Below are positions 29,616-40,100 of a DNA stretch of 64,000 nucleotides, piece by piece. The notes beneath the pieces are model-generated. The model was not told the DNA's origin and did not search any database. It was given only the letters and a program-made list of their open reading frames with translations. The stretch comes from Candidatus Latescibacterota bacterium. Lineage in GTDB: Bacteria; Latescibacterota; UBA2968. The position numbers and the translations under genes were made by a program. Location of the stretch: positions 4,224,001 through 4,288,000 of the forward strand of contig OZ220741.1 in the NCBI GenBank assembly GCA_965116885.1, written 5' to 3'. The number at the start of each line of letters is the position of its first letter. Positions within the stretch are counted from its first letter, which is position 1.

Positions 29616-31397
29616 GTGAAAAAAAATGATCGCGAACCAAAATACATCGTGGTTGCCGGGGGGGTGATCAGTGGCGTGGGGAAAGGACTCGCCACGGCTT
29701 CTATCGGTAAAATTTTGCAGTACTACGGCTATAAAACCACGGCCATAAAAATTGATCCCTATTTGAATTACGATGCCGGAACGCTCAGGCCCACAGAACA
29801 CGGCGAGGTGTGGGTTACGGATGACGGGGGCGAGATCGACCTCGATTTGGGCAACTACGAGCGGTTTCTCGGCCTGGATTTACCCCGCACGAACAATCTC
29901 ACGACCGGACAAATTTACCACGCGGTTATCGAGCGCGAGCGGCGGGGCGAATATCTCGGGCAGACCGTTCAGCCTATCCCACATATTACTGACGAGATTA
30001 AAAATCGAGTTCAGCAGGCTGCACAGGGGTTCGATATCGCGCTGGTCGAAATTGGCGGCACCATTGGCGACGATGAGAATATCCCTTTTTTCTTTGCAAT
30101 GAAGGGGCTGGAGCGGGAAATTGGCGAGGCCAATATCATGTATGTGCTGGTTAGCTATTTGCCCGTACCCGATCATATCAACGAGATGAAGACCAAACCC
30201 ACGCAACACGCAGTCAAACTGCTCAGCGGGCATGGCATGGTACCCGACTTTATTATTTGCCGCGCCACGCGACCGATTGATGAGGTGCGAAAACGCAAAA
30301 TTGAGGTCTCTGCCAATATTCCAAAAGATCGCATTATTTCTGCGCCAGATGTGGATATCGTGTATCAAGTTCCGATCCATTATGAAAGCGAGCAAGTAGG
30401 TGTTAAAATGCTCGCACATCTGGGGCTAAAACCAAAAAAAGAACCCGATTGGACGCGGTGGACGCATTTGGTGCAGAAGATTCGTCAGCCTTCACAGACA
30501 GTTAAAGTGGCGATGGTTGGAAAATACGTCGAGATCGGCGATTACGAATTTACAGATTCGTATATTTCAGTGAACCAATCTCTCGAACACGCCGGTGCCA
30601 ATTTGGACACGCGCATCGACATTTCCTGGATTGATTCGGCCAGCCTCGAAATGGGAGGGGTCGAAGATGTACTTGGAGAATTTGATGGCATTATTGTGCC
30701 GGGGGCCTTTGGTGAAGGAGGGGCGGAAGGGGTGATTGAAGCCATTCGCTATGCGCGAGAAAACGGTCTGCCATTCCTCGGACTGTGTTATGGGCTTCAG
30801 ATGGCCATTGTTGAATATGCGCGAAATGTGGTGGGGTTGGAAGATGCCAATTCGGCTGAAAATGATCCCGATACACCCCATGCAGTGATCGATATTCAGA
30901 TGAGCCAACGGGAAATTATTGAAGAAAGTCGTTTCGGAGGTACGATGCGGCTGGGAGGATATGTGGCAGTACTGCGCCGCGAGAGTGTCGTACTCGATCT
31001 GTATGAGCGCACGGGGCGCCTGGAAGAAGACGCCTGGCGCATCGATCAACTGAGAAAGAATCCGGCTGAGGCTTTCCGTCTGGGTGTTCTTCTCGACAGC
31101 GAGCGCTGTGTGATTGAACGCCATCGCCATCGCTATGAAGTATCGCCCAAATTTGTCGATTTACTCGATGAATTTGGCCTGATTTTTTCCGGGTATCACC
31201 GTCGAGAAGATGGCACAAAACTCATGGAATTTATCGAGTTACCCGATCATCCTTTTTTTGTGGCTACGCAAGCCCATCCCGAATTTAAGTCGCGTCTCGA
31301 ACAACCAGCCCCTTTATTTTACGGTTTTGTAGAAACTGTTGTCGCTCACGCAAAGGCACGAATTGGTGATACGTCGGTTTCTGAAAAAAGCGTCTAA
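29616..31397 (+). CDS. pyrG: CTP synthase (divergent type)
   Basis: GGVISGVGKG, KIDPYLN, KTKPTQ, GLCYG, ERHRHRYE, HPE. Start GTG 29616 follows GGAGG. Confidence 0.95.
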   Translation: MKKNDREPKYIVVAGGVISGVGKGLATASIGKILQYYGYKTTAIKIDPYLNYDAGTLRPTEHGEVWVTDDGGEIDLDLGNYERFLGLDLPRTNNLTTGQIYHAVIERERRGEYLGQTVQPIPHITDEIKNRVQQAAQGFDIALVEIGGTIGDDENIPFFFAMKGLEREIGEANIMYVLVSYLPVPDHINEMKTKPTQHAVKLLSGHGMVPDFIICRATRPIDEVRKRKIEVSANIPKDRIISAPDVDIVYQVPIHYESEQVGVKMLAHLGLKPKKEPDWTRWTHLVQKIRQPSQTVKVAMVGKYVEIGDYEFTDSYISVNQSLEHAGANLDTRIDISWIDSASLEMGGVEDVLGEFDGIIVPGAFGEGGAEGVIEAIRYARENGLPFLGLCYGLQMAIVEYARNVVGLEDANSAENDPDTPHAVIDIQMSQREIIEESRFGGTMRLGGYVAVLRRESVVLDLYERTGRLEEDAWRIDQLRKNPAEAFRLGVLLDSERCVIERHRHRYEVSPKFVDLLDEFGLIFSGYHRREDGTKLMEFIELPDHPFFVATQAHPEFKSRLEQPAPLFYGFVETVVAHAKARIGDTSVSEKSV

Positions 31398-31902
31398 GGT
31401 TCTGTTATGCACCCTGTGTGCCTGCGCCTCTGCTGACCGGATAGAGCAAGCGGCGAATGAAGGGCCGGTTAACCGGGAAATGTGGCACTGGTCCACGCAC
31501 ATTACAGATCGAGGCAAATCCCGAGCGCAGGTTAGCGCTGGCTCTTTTCAACAGGTGTCGGAAGATGAACCCGCGCGGTTTTCCGATGGCGTTCGGGTTG
31601 TATTTTTTAATGCCCAGGGCGATACGGTTTCCACACTGAGGGCTGAACGGGGTGAAATAAACGCATCGGGCGACGATATGAAAGTGTTTGAATCTGTCGT
31701 GGTGGTCGCGCGAGACTGTACGCAATTGCAAACGGATTCGCTACGTTGGCAGCGCGATGAAAATCGCATTATGGGCGAGGGCCATGTGACGATTTCTCGG
31801 CCCGACGGTACAGAGACAGGGGTGGGTTTTAATGCATCATCAGACCTGAAACAGTGGACGCTTTTATTTGTAAATACGCGGATGAGACGCAAAAAGCCGT
31901 GA
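31366..31902 (+). CDS. lptC: LPS export periplasmic protein LptC-like
   Basis: Beta-jellyroll pattern (STLRAERG, LQTDSLRW, GVGF.A..DL) and position before lptA/lptB; start uncertain. Confidence 0.75.
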   Translation: MIRRFLKKASKVLLCTLCACASADRIEQAANEGPVNREMWHWSTHITDRGKSRAQVSAGSFQQVSEDEPARFSDGVRVVFFNAQGDTVSTLRAERGEINASGDDMKVFESVVVVARDCTQLQTDSLRWQRDENRIMGEGHVTISRPDGTETGVGFNASSDLKQWTLLFVNTRMRRKKP

Positions 31903-33212
31903 AAAATATCAGACATTATTTTTTTTTGCGATCAGAACTCCGGGGCTTTCTCGGAGTTCTGTTTATATGCACCTGCACGGAAGTATATGCCGAGCAGAAG
32001 CTCAGTGCAGATTGGGTGGAAACGCTGCTTTTGAATGACCAGACGCAGCGCAATTACCGCGGAGGCGTGGTGTATGAAGACAGCTTGCGTCAGCTTATTG
32101 TAAAAGCCGATTCTGCACATGTGCGCGTTGGGGATGCGACCTATCTTTTTGTACATCAGGTGAGTTACAAAGACACAGTGCGAAAAATTCGTGCCGATAC
32201 ACTTGTTTTCCAGGACCGCGAAGACATCGCGACGTTTCGGGGGCATGTCTTTCTGAGCGACGATCAGCACACGCTTGAGGCGCATATCGTGCGATTTTTG
32301 AGCGAGGATGACTCGCTCATTGCCGAGGGTGATGTCGTCCTTCTGTTGCCCGAAGGCCGCAGACTTCGCGCTTCTCAATTGCGGTATGATTTGATCCGCG
32401 AACGCGGAAATCTGCAGGGCCAGACGCAGTTACAAGTGGTAGGGGAACGCGGCGATACCCTCGAGGCGCAGTCCGATTCCATTGCCTTTGTCAATCGCGG
32501 GCAAGAACTCTTTCTCAATGGCAACCTCATCCTGCGACAGGGATACACGCGAGGAAAAGCCCTGTCTGGCGTGTACGCGGATTCTGTGATCGCCCTTTCC
32601 GGTAGGCCCTTGATGATCTGGTCCAATCCCAGTAGGCGCGATTCCGTTTCTGCACAGGGCGAAAAAATTCTTATGGAAATGTCTGATCGGACTATTGGTG
32701 CGTTGGAGCTTTCGGATAGCACGCTCATCCATGCTGTGGCTCTTGCCAATGGTCATGCGCAAAAAATACGCTCAGATTCTGCTCGGATTGTCTTTCGCGA
32801 TGAGACCCCGCAGCGCATGCACGCATGGGGAAATGTAATGCTCGATCTGAGCGAGCGAGATACATCGCGGGCAGTAATGTCTGGCGGTGATCTCATATTG
32901 GCCTATCGAGATGGAAAACTGGATAGTTTGACGCTGTCTGGTGGCTGCCTCGGTTCTTATATTGCCCAGGATAGCCTATCGGAAAGCCACCTGGGGGGCA
33001 AGCGGTGTGTGTTGTGGTTTTCCAATGGGGAGTTAGACCAGATGGCAATTTTCGATGAAGCACATTGCACGCGGGTCACGAAAGATAGCGACGATGTAAC
33101 GGTTTCTGGGGATTATCTCCTTTTGAAATTTACCCCCGGACGGTTGTTGTCTATCCAGGCTGAGGGAGATGTACGAGGGTACTACACCGCCGAATTGGAG
33201 GATGCGCCGTGA
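31899..33212 (+). CDS. OstA/LptA-like extended beta-jellyroll protein
   Basis: Repeated ADS/GDV beta-strand motifs; lies between lptC and lptB. Confidence 0.7.
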   Translation: MKNIRHYFFLRSELRGFLGVLFICTCTEVYAEQKLSADWVETLLLNDQTQRNYRGGVVYEDSLRQLIVKADSAHVRVGDATYLFVHQVSYKDTVRKIRADTLVFQDREDIATFRGHVFLSDDQHTLEAHIVRFLSEDDSLIAEGDVVLLLPEGRRLRASQLRYDLIRERGNLQGQTQLQVVGERGDTLEAQSDSIAFVNRGQELFLNGNLILRQGYTRGKALSGVYADSVIALSGRPLMIWSNPSRRDSVSAQGEKILMEMSDRTIGALELSDSTLIHAVALANGHAQKIRSDSARIVFRDETPQRMHAWGNVMLDLSERDTSRAVMSGGDLILAYRDGKLDSLTLSGGCLGSYIAQDSLSESHLGGKRCVLWFSNGELDQMAIFDEAHCTRVTKDSDDVTVSGDYLLLKFTPGRLLSIQAEGDVRGYYTAELEDAP

Positions 33213-33934
33213 ACCTGCGAGCCGAGGGGCTGGTGAAAAAATACGCGCGCCGCCTGGTTGTCAATCAGGTCAACTTGATCGTCAATCCCGGCGAAATTGT
33301 AGGACTCTTAGGGCCTAATGGCGCGGGAAAAACGACGTGCTTTTACCTCATTGTCGGCGCAATTTCATCAAATGCCGGATACATTTTTTTGGGTGATCGA
33401 GACATTACTGCATTGCCGATGTATCGCCGCGCACGGCTGGGCATAGGTTATCTGGCACAAGAATCTACGGTTTTTAGAAAGATGACCGTGCTGGAAAACG
33501 TACTATCCGTCCTCGAATACGAAAAAATGGGTAAGACAGAACGATTAGACCGCGCCCAAGAGGTATTGGGAGACCTGGGAGTTGGGCATTTATCGCACCA
33601 ACGCGCTGATAGTTTGTCGGGGGGGGAAACGCGCCGGCTGGAGATCGCGCGGGCACTCTCTCGAGATCCGCTCTTTATGCTACTCGACGAACCTTTTGCC
33701 GGTGTGGATCCGCGTGCTGTGGAAGATATTCAGAATATTATCGCCGAACTAAAACGCCGCAATATCGGAATTCTGATTACCGATCACAATGTGCGAGAAA
33801 CGCTCGCAATTACAGATCGTTCCTATTTACTTTCCGAGGGAAAGATTCTTCTCTCAGGTACACCCCGGGCATTGGCAACAAGCGATGAGGCGCGTCGCAT
33901 TTATCTGGGCGACCGGTTTCGCCTCGATTCGTGA
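33209..33934 (+). CDS. lptB: LPS export ABC transporter ATP-binding protein
   Basis: GPNGAGKTT, PMYRRARLGIGYL.QE, DEPFAGVDP, ITDHNVRETL, YLG..F.L. Confidence 0.95.
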   Translation: MNLRAEGLVKKYARRLVVNQVNLIVNPGEIVGLLGPNGAGKTTCFYLIVGAISSNAGYIFLGDRDITALPMYRRARLGIGYLAQESTVFRKMTVLENVLSVLEYEKMGKTERLDRAQEVLGDLGVGHLSHQRADSLSGGETRRLEIARALSRDPLFMLLDEPFAGVDPRAVEDIQNIIAELKRRNIGILITDHNVRETLAITDRSYLLSEGKILLSGTPRALATSDEARRIYLGDRFRLDS

Positions 33935-34012
33935 CAAATTTGGAAAAAGGGTTTACAACCCTCTCTGTTATTTGTTATTATTAAAGTTGCCTCTTTTACT
34001 TACTGAACACCA

Positions 34013-34573
34013 ATGAGGACAAAAATGAAACATGTAACGCTGGCAGAGTTAGAAACGGGATTAGAAAATATCCGTCAGTCGCCCACAAATGCAGGCGTAT
34101 TAGAGTTGATTGTGCGCCGGCCGCAGATTGAGGCGAGGGAGATCCTGAAAGTTGGCGAACTCGATCTGGTTGAAGGACTCGTGGGCGATAATTGGAAAAC
34201 ACGCGGCAGTTCTCAAACCGCAGATGGGTCAGCCCATCCAGACATGCAACTCAACATCATGAACGCACGCGTGATTGCCCTATTAGCACAAAAAAAAGAG
34301 CGTTGGTCACTGGCGGGAGATCAGTTGTATATGGACTTCGATTTGAGCGAGGAGAATGTGCCGCCGGGCACCCGACTGAGTCTGGGGGATGCGGTGATCG
34401 AAGTTACAGATCAACCGCATACGGGCTGTAAAAAATTTGCTGCGCGTTTTGGGTTGGACGCACTAAAGTTTATTAGTTCTCCCGTGGGCAAACAGCTTCA
34501 GTTGCGCGGGATCAATGCAAAGGTTATTCGCTCTGGCGCGATACAGATTGGCGACACCGTAAAGAAAGTGTAA
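34013..34573 (+). CDS. MOSC domain protein
   Basis: GLVGDNW, AGDQLY.D.DLS, PHTGCKKF, LRGINAKV...G.I..GD. Confidence 0.85.
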   Translation: MRTKMKHVTLAELETGLENIRQSPTNAGVLELIVRRPQIEAREILKVGELDLVEGLVGDNWKTRGSSQTADGSAHPDMQLNIMNARVIALLAQKKERWSLAGDQLYMDFDLSEENVPPGTRLSLGDAVIEVTDQPHTGCKKFAARFGLDALKFISSPVGKQLQLRGINAKVIRSGAIQIGDTVKKV

Positions 34574-34576
34574 TCT

Positions 34577-36067
34577 ATGATTGGTCTTGATCATACACAA
34601 TCTCAGTTGCTTCAGCAGAAACTGGCGCCGCAACTCATCCAATCTTTGCGCCTGCTCCAATTGCCAACTCTGGAATTAGCGAAGTTAATTCAACAAGAAT
34701 TGGAGATCAATCCTCTCCTGGAAATTGACGAAGATGTCGCATTGGATTTGGAACAAGAAGAACCCAAAGCTGAACTGGATGACGAAGCCGAGAGCGAAGA
34801 CCAGGATGAAGAACCCGTAGAAGAATTGGAATTTGAAGACTCGGACTTAGACACACTCAATTCAGACGTATTTGATGAACACGACTGGGATCACTACTTA
34901 AACGAATCCGGGTATGCCAGTCCCCGCGAAGAATTTGAATCCAATACTGAAGACTGGCACAACGACAGAACCATTGAAAAAACGCTACGAGATTCACTTT
35001 TAGAACAGGTGGCAATCGCGGATCTTTCGCCGAGTAATCGCGTCATAGCCGAATACTTAATTGGCAATATTGGCGAAGATGGGTTTTTGGGATGTTCGAC
35101 AGGAGAAGTGGCAGATGAACTTGGGGTCAATCTCGATAATGTGGAATGCGTTTTGGGGATTATCCAGACATTTGACCCGGTAGGTGTTGGTGCGCGAAAC
35201 CTTCAAGAGTGTTTGTTGATTCAATTAAAAGAAAAAAATATCACAAACGGTTTGATTGCAAATGTGGTGCGCAATCACCTCGACGACTGGATCAACCGTC
35301 GTTTTAGCCAGATAAGTCAGGAACTCGATACAAGTGTGGATGATATGCGCGTTATTGAGGAAGTCCTCGCATCGCTCAATCCCAAGCCCAATATTGAACC
35401 CGAACCCGCATTGAATCTCAATCATGTCATTCCCGACCTCGAAGTTCAAAAGATCGGTGACGAGTACGTCGTTTCCCTGACCGACCACACCCTGCCCGAA
35501 TTGCGTATTAGTCCAATGTATCGCACCTTGCTCAGACAATCGGATAAACCGGAGCGAGATGGCCAAAAATTGCGAGAGACCAAAAAATTCGTCGTTGAAA
35601 AACTCAATTCTGCACGCTGGTTTATCAATGCAATTCACCAAAGACGCGCAACCATGCTAAAAGTCATGCGATGTATTGTCGAAAATCAGGTTCAATTTTT
35701 CGAACGAGGGCCTGGTTTTCTCAAGCCAATGGTGCTTCAAGAAGTAGCTGATAAGGTGCAGATGCACATTTCGACTATCAGCCGCGTGAGCAATGGGAAA
35801 TATGTGCAAACACCGCATGGCGTTTTTGAGTTGAAATATTTTTTTGATGGCGGATTGAGTCGATACGATGGCGACGATGTCTCTGCCAGAAGTGTAAAAG
35901 AAAAAATTGCAAAGCTCATTGACGATGAAGACGTGCAGGATCCACTGAGCGATCAGCACATAGCGGCTATTCTTAAAAAAGAGGGCATTAATATCGCACG
36001 GCGCACGGTCGCCAAATACCGAGATCAACTCAATATCAGCTCCGCGCGACTTCGGAAGGCACTTTAG
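34577..36067 (+). CDS. rpoN: RNA polymerase sigma-54 factor
   Basis: Q-rich region I, PVGVGARNLQECL, HISTISRV, RpoN box ARRTVAKYR. Confidence 0.97.
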   Translation: MIGLDHTQSQLLQQKLAPQLIQSLRLLQLPTLELAKLIQQELEINPLLEIDEDVALDLEQEEPKAELDDEAESEDQDEEPVEELEFEDSDLDTLNSDVFDEHDWDHYLNESGYASPREEFESNTEDWHNDRTIEKTLRDSLLEQVAIADLSPSNRVIAEYLIGNIGEDGFLGCSTGEVADELGVNLDNVECVLGIIQTFDPVGVGARNLQECLLIQLKEKNITNGLIANVVRNHLDDWINRRFSQISQELDTSVDDMRVIEEVLASLNPKPNIEPEPALNLNHVIPDLEVQKIGDEYVVSLTDHTLPELRISPMYRTLLRQSDKPERDGQKLRETKKFVVEKLNSARWFINAIHQRRATMLKVMRCIVENQVQFFERGPGFLKPMVLQEVADKVQMHISTISRVSNGKYVQTPHGVFELKYFFDGGLSRYDGDDVSARSVKEKIAKLIDDEDVQDPLSDQHIAAILKKEGINIARRTVAKYRDQLNISSARLRKAL

Positions 36068-36072
36068 ACGCT

Positions 36073-36849
36073 TCAGTCTGTCTGTTGGGTACTGATTTCG
36101 TCTTCTGAGATTTTGTGTACACTTTTGGGATTAAAGGTCTGCTGGGTATTGATGCGAAGTGCAACTTCAATCCGCCCGCCAGTTAGCACAAAAAACTGAA
36201 TTAGAAATCCGCCACCTTGCATGGTTTCAATCTGGTAGGAATCGGTGTCTAATCCGTCGAGCAACTGAGGATGGGTGGTTTCAAACCGCGGGTGTTGTGT
36301 AATATTGGGAGGCAACGCCATAATCAGGGTTCCCGGTTCTTCATTGAGATAACTACCAATGCGTTGTCGCGTGTTGACCATGTGAGAAATAATCCTGCAT
36401 GCATAATCGAAATCATCCCCGCCGTTTCGCTCTGGTGGTACGATGCCCCAGGTCAGGTGATGGATAAAGGGATTGCCGTATCCCTGTCCGAGCATCTGAT
36501 CAAGCGCGGGTTGGTCAACGGGGTGAACCACTGCGACATAGTGAAACCAGCCCCGTGCGAGAGCGGGATGTCCGGGTGGTAAACCCGATGGCACATTGAT
36601 ATAATCCTGTTCATCGACAGGGGAGGGGTAGCACTTGGTGTCCCAACCTGCAATATAACCCATTGTTTTTAGAGGTCCCGCAACGAGATAAGGGGGATCC
36701 GTAAAGATCGCTGCGTGGTCCATGTTGGGATACAATTTGACGCCGGCAGCAGAAATTTTTTCGGCGACTTGCAAGGCCTCGTCAAAGCGTTCAGATGCAT
36801 TCTCTATTTGGAGAACTGTGTGAAAGTCTTCGGGTAATTTACAGTCCAT
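36073..36849 (-). CDS. Hypothetical protein, possible VOC/glyoxalase-fold metalloenzyme
   Basis: AGGAGGA RBS before ATG 36849; DHAAI, IHHLT and FLIQFF...RIE.A.R...F pattern. Confidence 0.6.
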   Translation of the reverse strand: MDCKLPEDFHTVLQIENASERFDEALQVAEKISAAGVKLYPNMDHAAIFTDPPYLVAGPLKTMGYIAGWDTKCYPSPVDEQDYINVPSGLPPGHPALARGWFHYVAVVHPVDQPALDQMLGQGYGNPFIHHLTWGIVPPERNGGDDFDYACRIISHMVNTRQRIGSYLNEEPGTLIMALPPNITQHPRFETTHPQLLDGLDTDSYQIETMQGGGFLIQFFVLTGGRIEVALRINTQQTFNPKSVHKISEDEISTQQTD

Positions 36850-37076
36850 AGTCTTATCCTCCTGTTGGTTAGACGATGTAATCAATAACACGTTTTTTTC
36901 ATATACGTCAAGCATAAATAAATCCCGGTCACTTTGGTGGCCGGTTTTTTTTTGAAAAATTTGATTCACCCATTGCTGGAAAATTGAACGATTCGTTCCC
37001 CAATGCTATTTGGTTATACAGATCTCCAGAGGCGTAACTTCCTGATTTAACGTCTCTTGCGCCATTTTTAAGATTT

Positions 37077-37092
37077 TGGCACGCGATTTGCA
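37077..37092 (+). promoter_or_regulatory. Sigma-54 (-24/-12) promoter
   Basis: TGGCACGCGATTTGCA matches the TGGCACG-N4-TTGC consensus exactly, 37 bp before ATG 37129. Confidence 0.85.
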
Positions 37093-37128
37093 TAAGTCAT
37101 GATCAAAAAAACATTGCGGGAGGTCAAT

Positions 37129-40100
37129 ATGATGAAATGTGGGATTGTTGTTGTGATGGTGGGAATGCTTTGGGGAGGGCAGATTTTCGGTGCTGAAAAG
37201 GATGTCGTGATCAATGAGGTCCTTGCAGACCCGCCAGCAGGAGATAGGGGTGATGCTAATAGGGATGGGAACTGGCCCAAGACGAACTATGAGGATGAAT
37301 TTGTAGAAATACTGAATACGGGATCGGATACTGTTGCGATTGGTGGGTGGGAATTGTCAGATAAAAAACCCGGCTCAAAAGGGCCGTTCACTTTTCCCCC
37401 AGACACCAAAATTGCGCCAGGCGAATACATCGTACTTTTTGGTGGCGGGGATATAACAAAAATTAAATCTAAATTTGAAGGCAAAGTTTTTGTTGATGAC
37501 GGCAAGATCGGTGGGGGATTGACCAATTCAGGAGACGCGGTATTTCTCATAAAAACTGAAGGCGATACCATTGCAAAAGCAGAATGGGGGAAAGAAGGGG
37601 GTAAGGACCAATCCCTGGTGCGCTATCCGGATGGGACTGGCAGGTGGGTGTTGCACAGTGCTGACCCCGGCAAAGGGTTATTTTCACCGGGCAAACCGCG
37701 GTCGCTTTTCGACAAACTCGAGTCTCTGCCCGAATATTTGGACCTGATAGAAGGAGAGTTCGTTTCACTGATCCCCGTGATTTATAGCTACGAAACTGGG
37801 GAAACAAGGCGTATTGAAGACGAAGTTTTATGGGTATCGTGGGATACCACTGTCGTGCGAATCGAACACGGCGATAAGGTGGTTGCCGTGCGTGCTGGTG
37901 AGACAGAAGTTGGGTTTTTCTGGCGTGGTCGCGAGAGTCTTCACACATATATCCGGGTGTTGGAAAAGGAAAAGCCGCCCCTGGTGATCTCAGAGGTGTA
38001 TCCCAATCCCGCCTGGGGCGATGCAGGCGATACCAACGGCGACGGGGTGCGGCACACTTATCAGGATGAATTTATAGAAGTGGCGAATCAGGGCAAGAAT
38101 CCCATCGATATTGGTGGCTATTACCTCGGTGATGACGATGCCTCAATAGATCGCCTATTTCGATTTCCCGATAACACAGTGCTCGATACACAAGCAGTTG
38201 TCGTGCTCTTTGGTGGGGGGGACATGCCCCTTAGCGAGCGAATATTTGCCGATGACGGGCGCATTGGCGATGGCCTGTCCAATTGGAGCGATACCGTGCA
38301 GCTATTGGCACCAGATAGCAGTACGGTGGTCGCTTCAATGGTATATGAACGCTCGACCAGAGGCGTATCTTTTGTCAGAGACGATAATGGCAATTATGTC
38401 TTGCACAATCAGATATACGAAGAGGATTCAACTTCTGTCGGACGCTTAAAACCTGGAGATGACCCGATTGAGCCTGAAGGATTGACCGACACATTGACTG
38501 TCCCGGATGGTATCGCATTTTCCGAAATTCTGATGCTACCCGAACAGGTAGATGCCAACAACGATGGGATTGTCGATCGGCATACAGATGCTTTTGTCGA
38601 ATTGACCAATATCGGCGTTGATACCCTCGACCTGAGTGGATGGATGATCGGCGATGACGATATCATTGTCTCTCGATTCTTTCCCTTTCCAGATAATGTA
38701 GTGCTCGTGCCCGGCGGTTATATCACCATTTTTGGTGGAGGGACACCTGTGGGTATTCCCGGTACTGTCTTGTCTGCCGGGGATCAGATTGGCAATGGAC
38801 TCAGTAGCGGTGGCGATGTCGTCCACCTGATCATGTCCGATGGTAAGACCGTGGCGCGGTCTGTGCGCGTGCCAAAAGCGACACCAGATGTTTCATGGCT
38901 GTTCTCGCCTGATGCCCCTCCAAAGTTACATCCCCAAATCTCAGGCAGGCAGGCGATGTCGCCAGGCACATCATCAGACGGACAGGAAGGGCCTTCAATA
39001 GATACAGCAAATCGAGACACGCTCGACACACAATTTCCCAAAAACCTTGTGATCTCAGAAGTCTATCCCAATCCCGCCGCAGGCGATGCAGGCGATACCA
39101 ATGGCGATGGGGGACGACACACCTATCAAGATGAGTTTGTCGAGATAGCTAATTTGGGCGTACATCTCATCGATATTGGTGGCTATTACCTCGGTGATGA
39201 CGATGTACCTGTGGAAAAACTTTTTCGATTCCCCGACAGTACAGTGCTCGATACGCAAGCAGTCGTGGTGCTCTTTGGTGGGGGGGATATGCCCCTTAGC
39301 GAGCGAATATTTGCCGATGACGGGCGCATTGGCGATGGCCTGTCCAATAGAGGCGATACCGTGCAGTTGCTGGCACCAGATGGAAGCACAGTGATCTCCA
39401 AAATGACGTATGAAAACGCTCCCAAAGGTATATCCTTTGCCAGGGACGACAATGGCAATTATCTGTTACACAATCAGATATACGAAGAAGAGAATATTTC
39501 TGTAGGACGCTTAGGACAGGGCGATGATCCGGATCAACATGAGGGATTAACTGTCTCCAATGATATCGTATTTTCCGAAATTCTGATGCTACCCGAACAG
39601 GTAGATGCCAACAACGATGGGATTGTCGATCGGCATGCAGATGCTTTTGTCGAATTGACCAATATCGGCGTTGATACCCTCGACCTGAGCGGATGGATGA
39701 TCGGCGATGACGATATCATTGTCTCTCGATTCTTTCCCTTTCCCGATGATGTCATACTCGTGCCCGGCGGTTATATCACTATTTTTGGTGGTGGGACACC
39801 TGTGGGTATTCCCGGTACTGTCTTGTCTGCCGGGGGTCAGATTGGCAATGGACTCAGTAGCGGCGGCGATGTCGTCCATCTAATCCTGCCCGATAGTAAG
39901 ACCGTGGTGCGGTCTGTGCGCGTGCCAAAAGCGACACCAGATGTTTCATGGCTGTTCTCGCCTGATGCCTCTCCTCTATTACATCCCCAAATCTCAGGCA
40001 GGCAGGCGATGTCGCCGGGTACATCATCAATTGCGGAGGCGGAATCGGACACCCTAATTGGTGTGGATGGCGTATCGGGAAAACCCAGTGTTTCTGAGGG

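Noticed and set aside
37984..40029. Long repeats as a CRISPR array or DGR template/variable repeat pair
   Set aside because: Both copies are in-frame parts of one ORF, about 1 kb long; differences are not visibly adenine-specific and there is no reverse transcriptase in the window.
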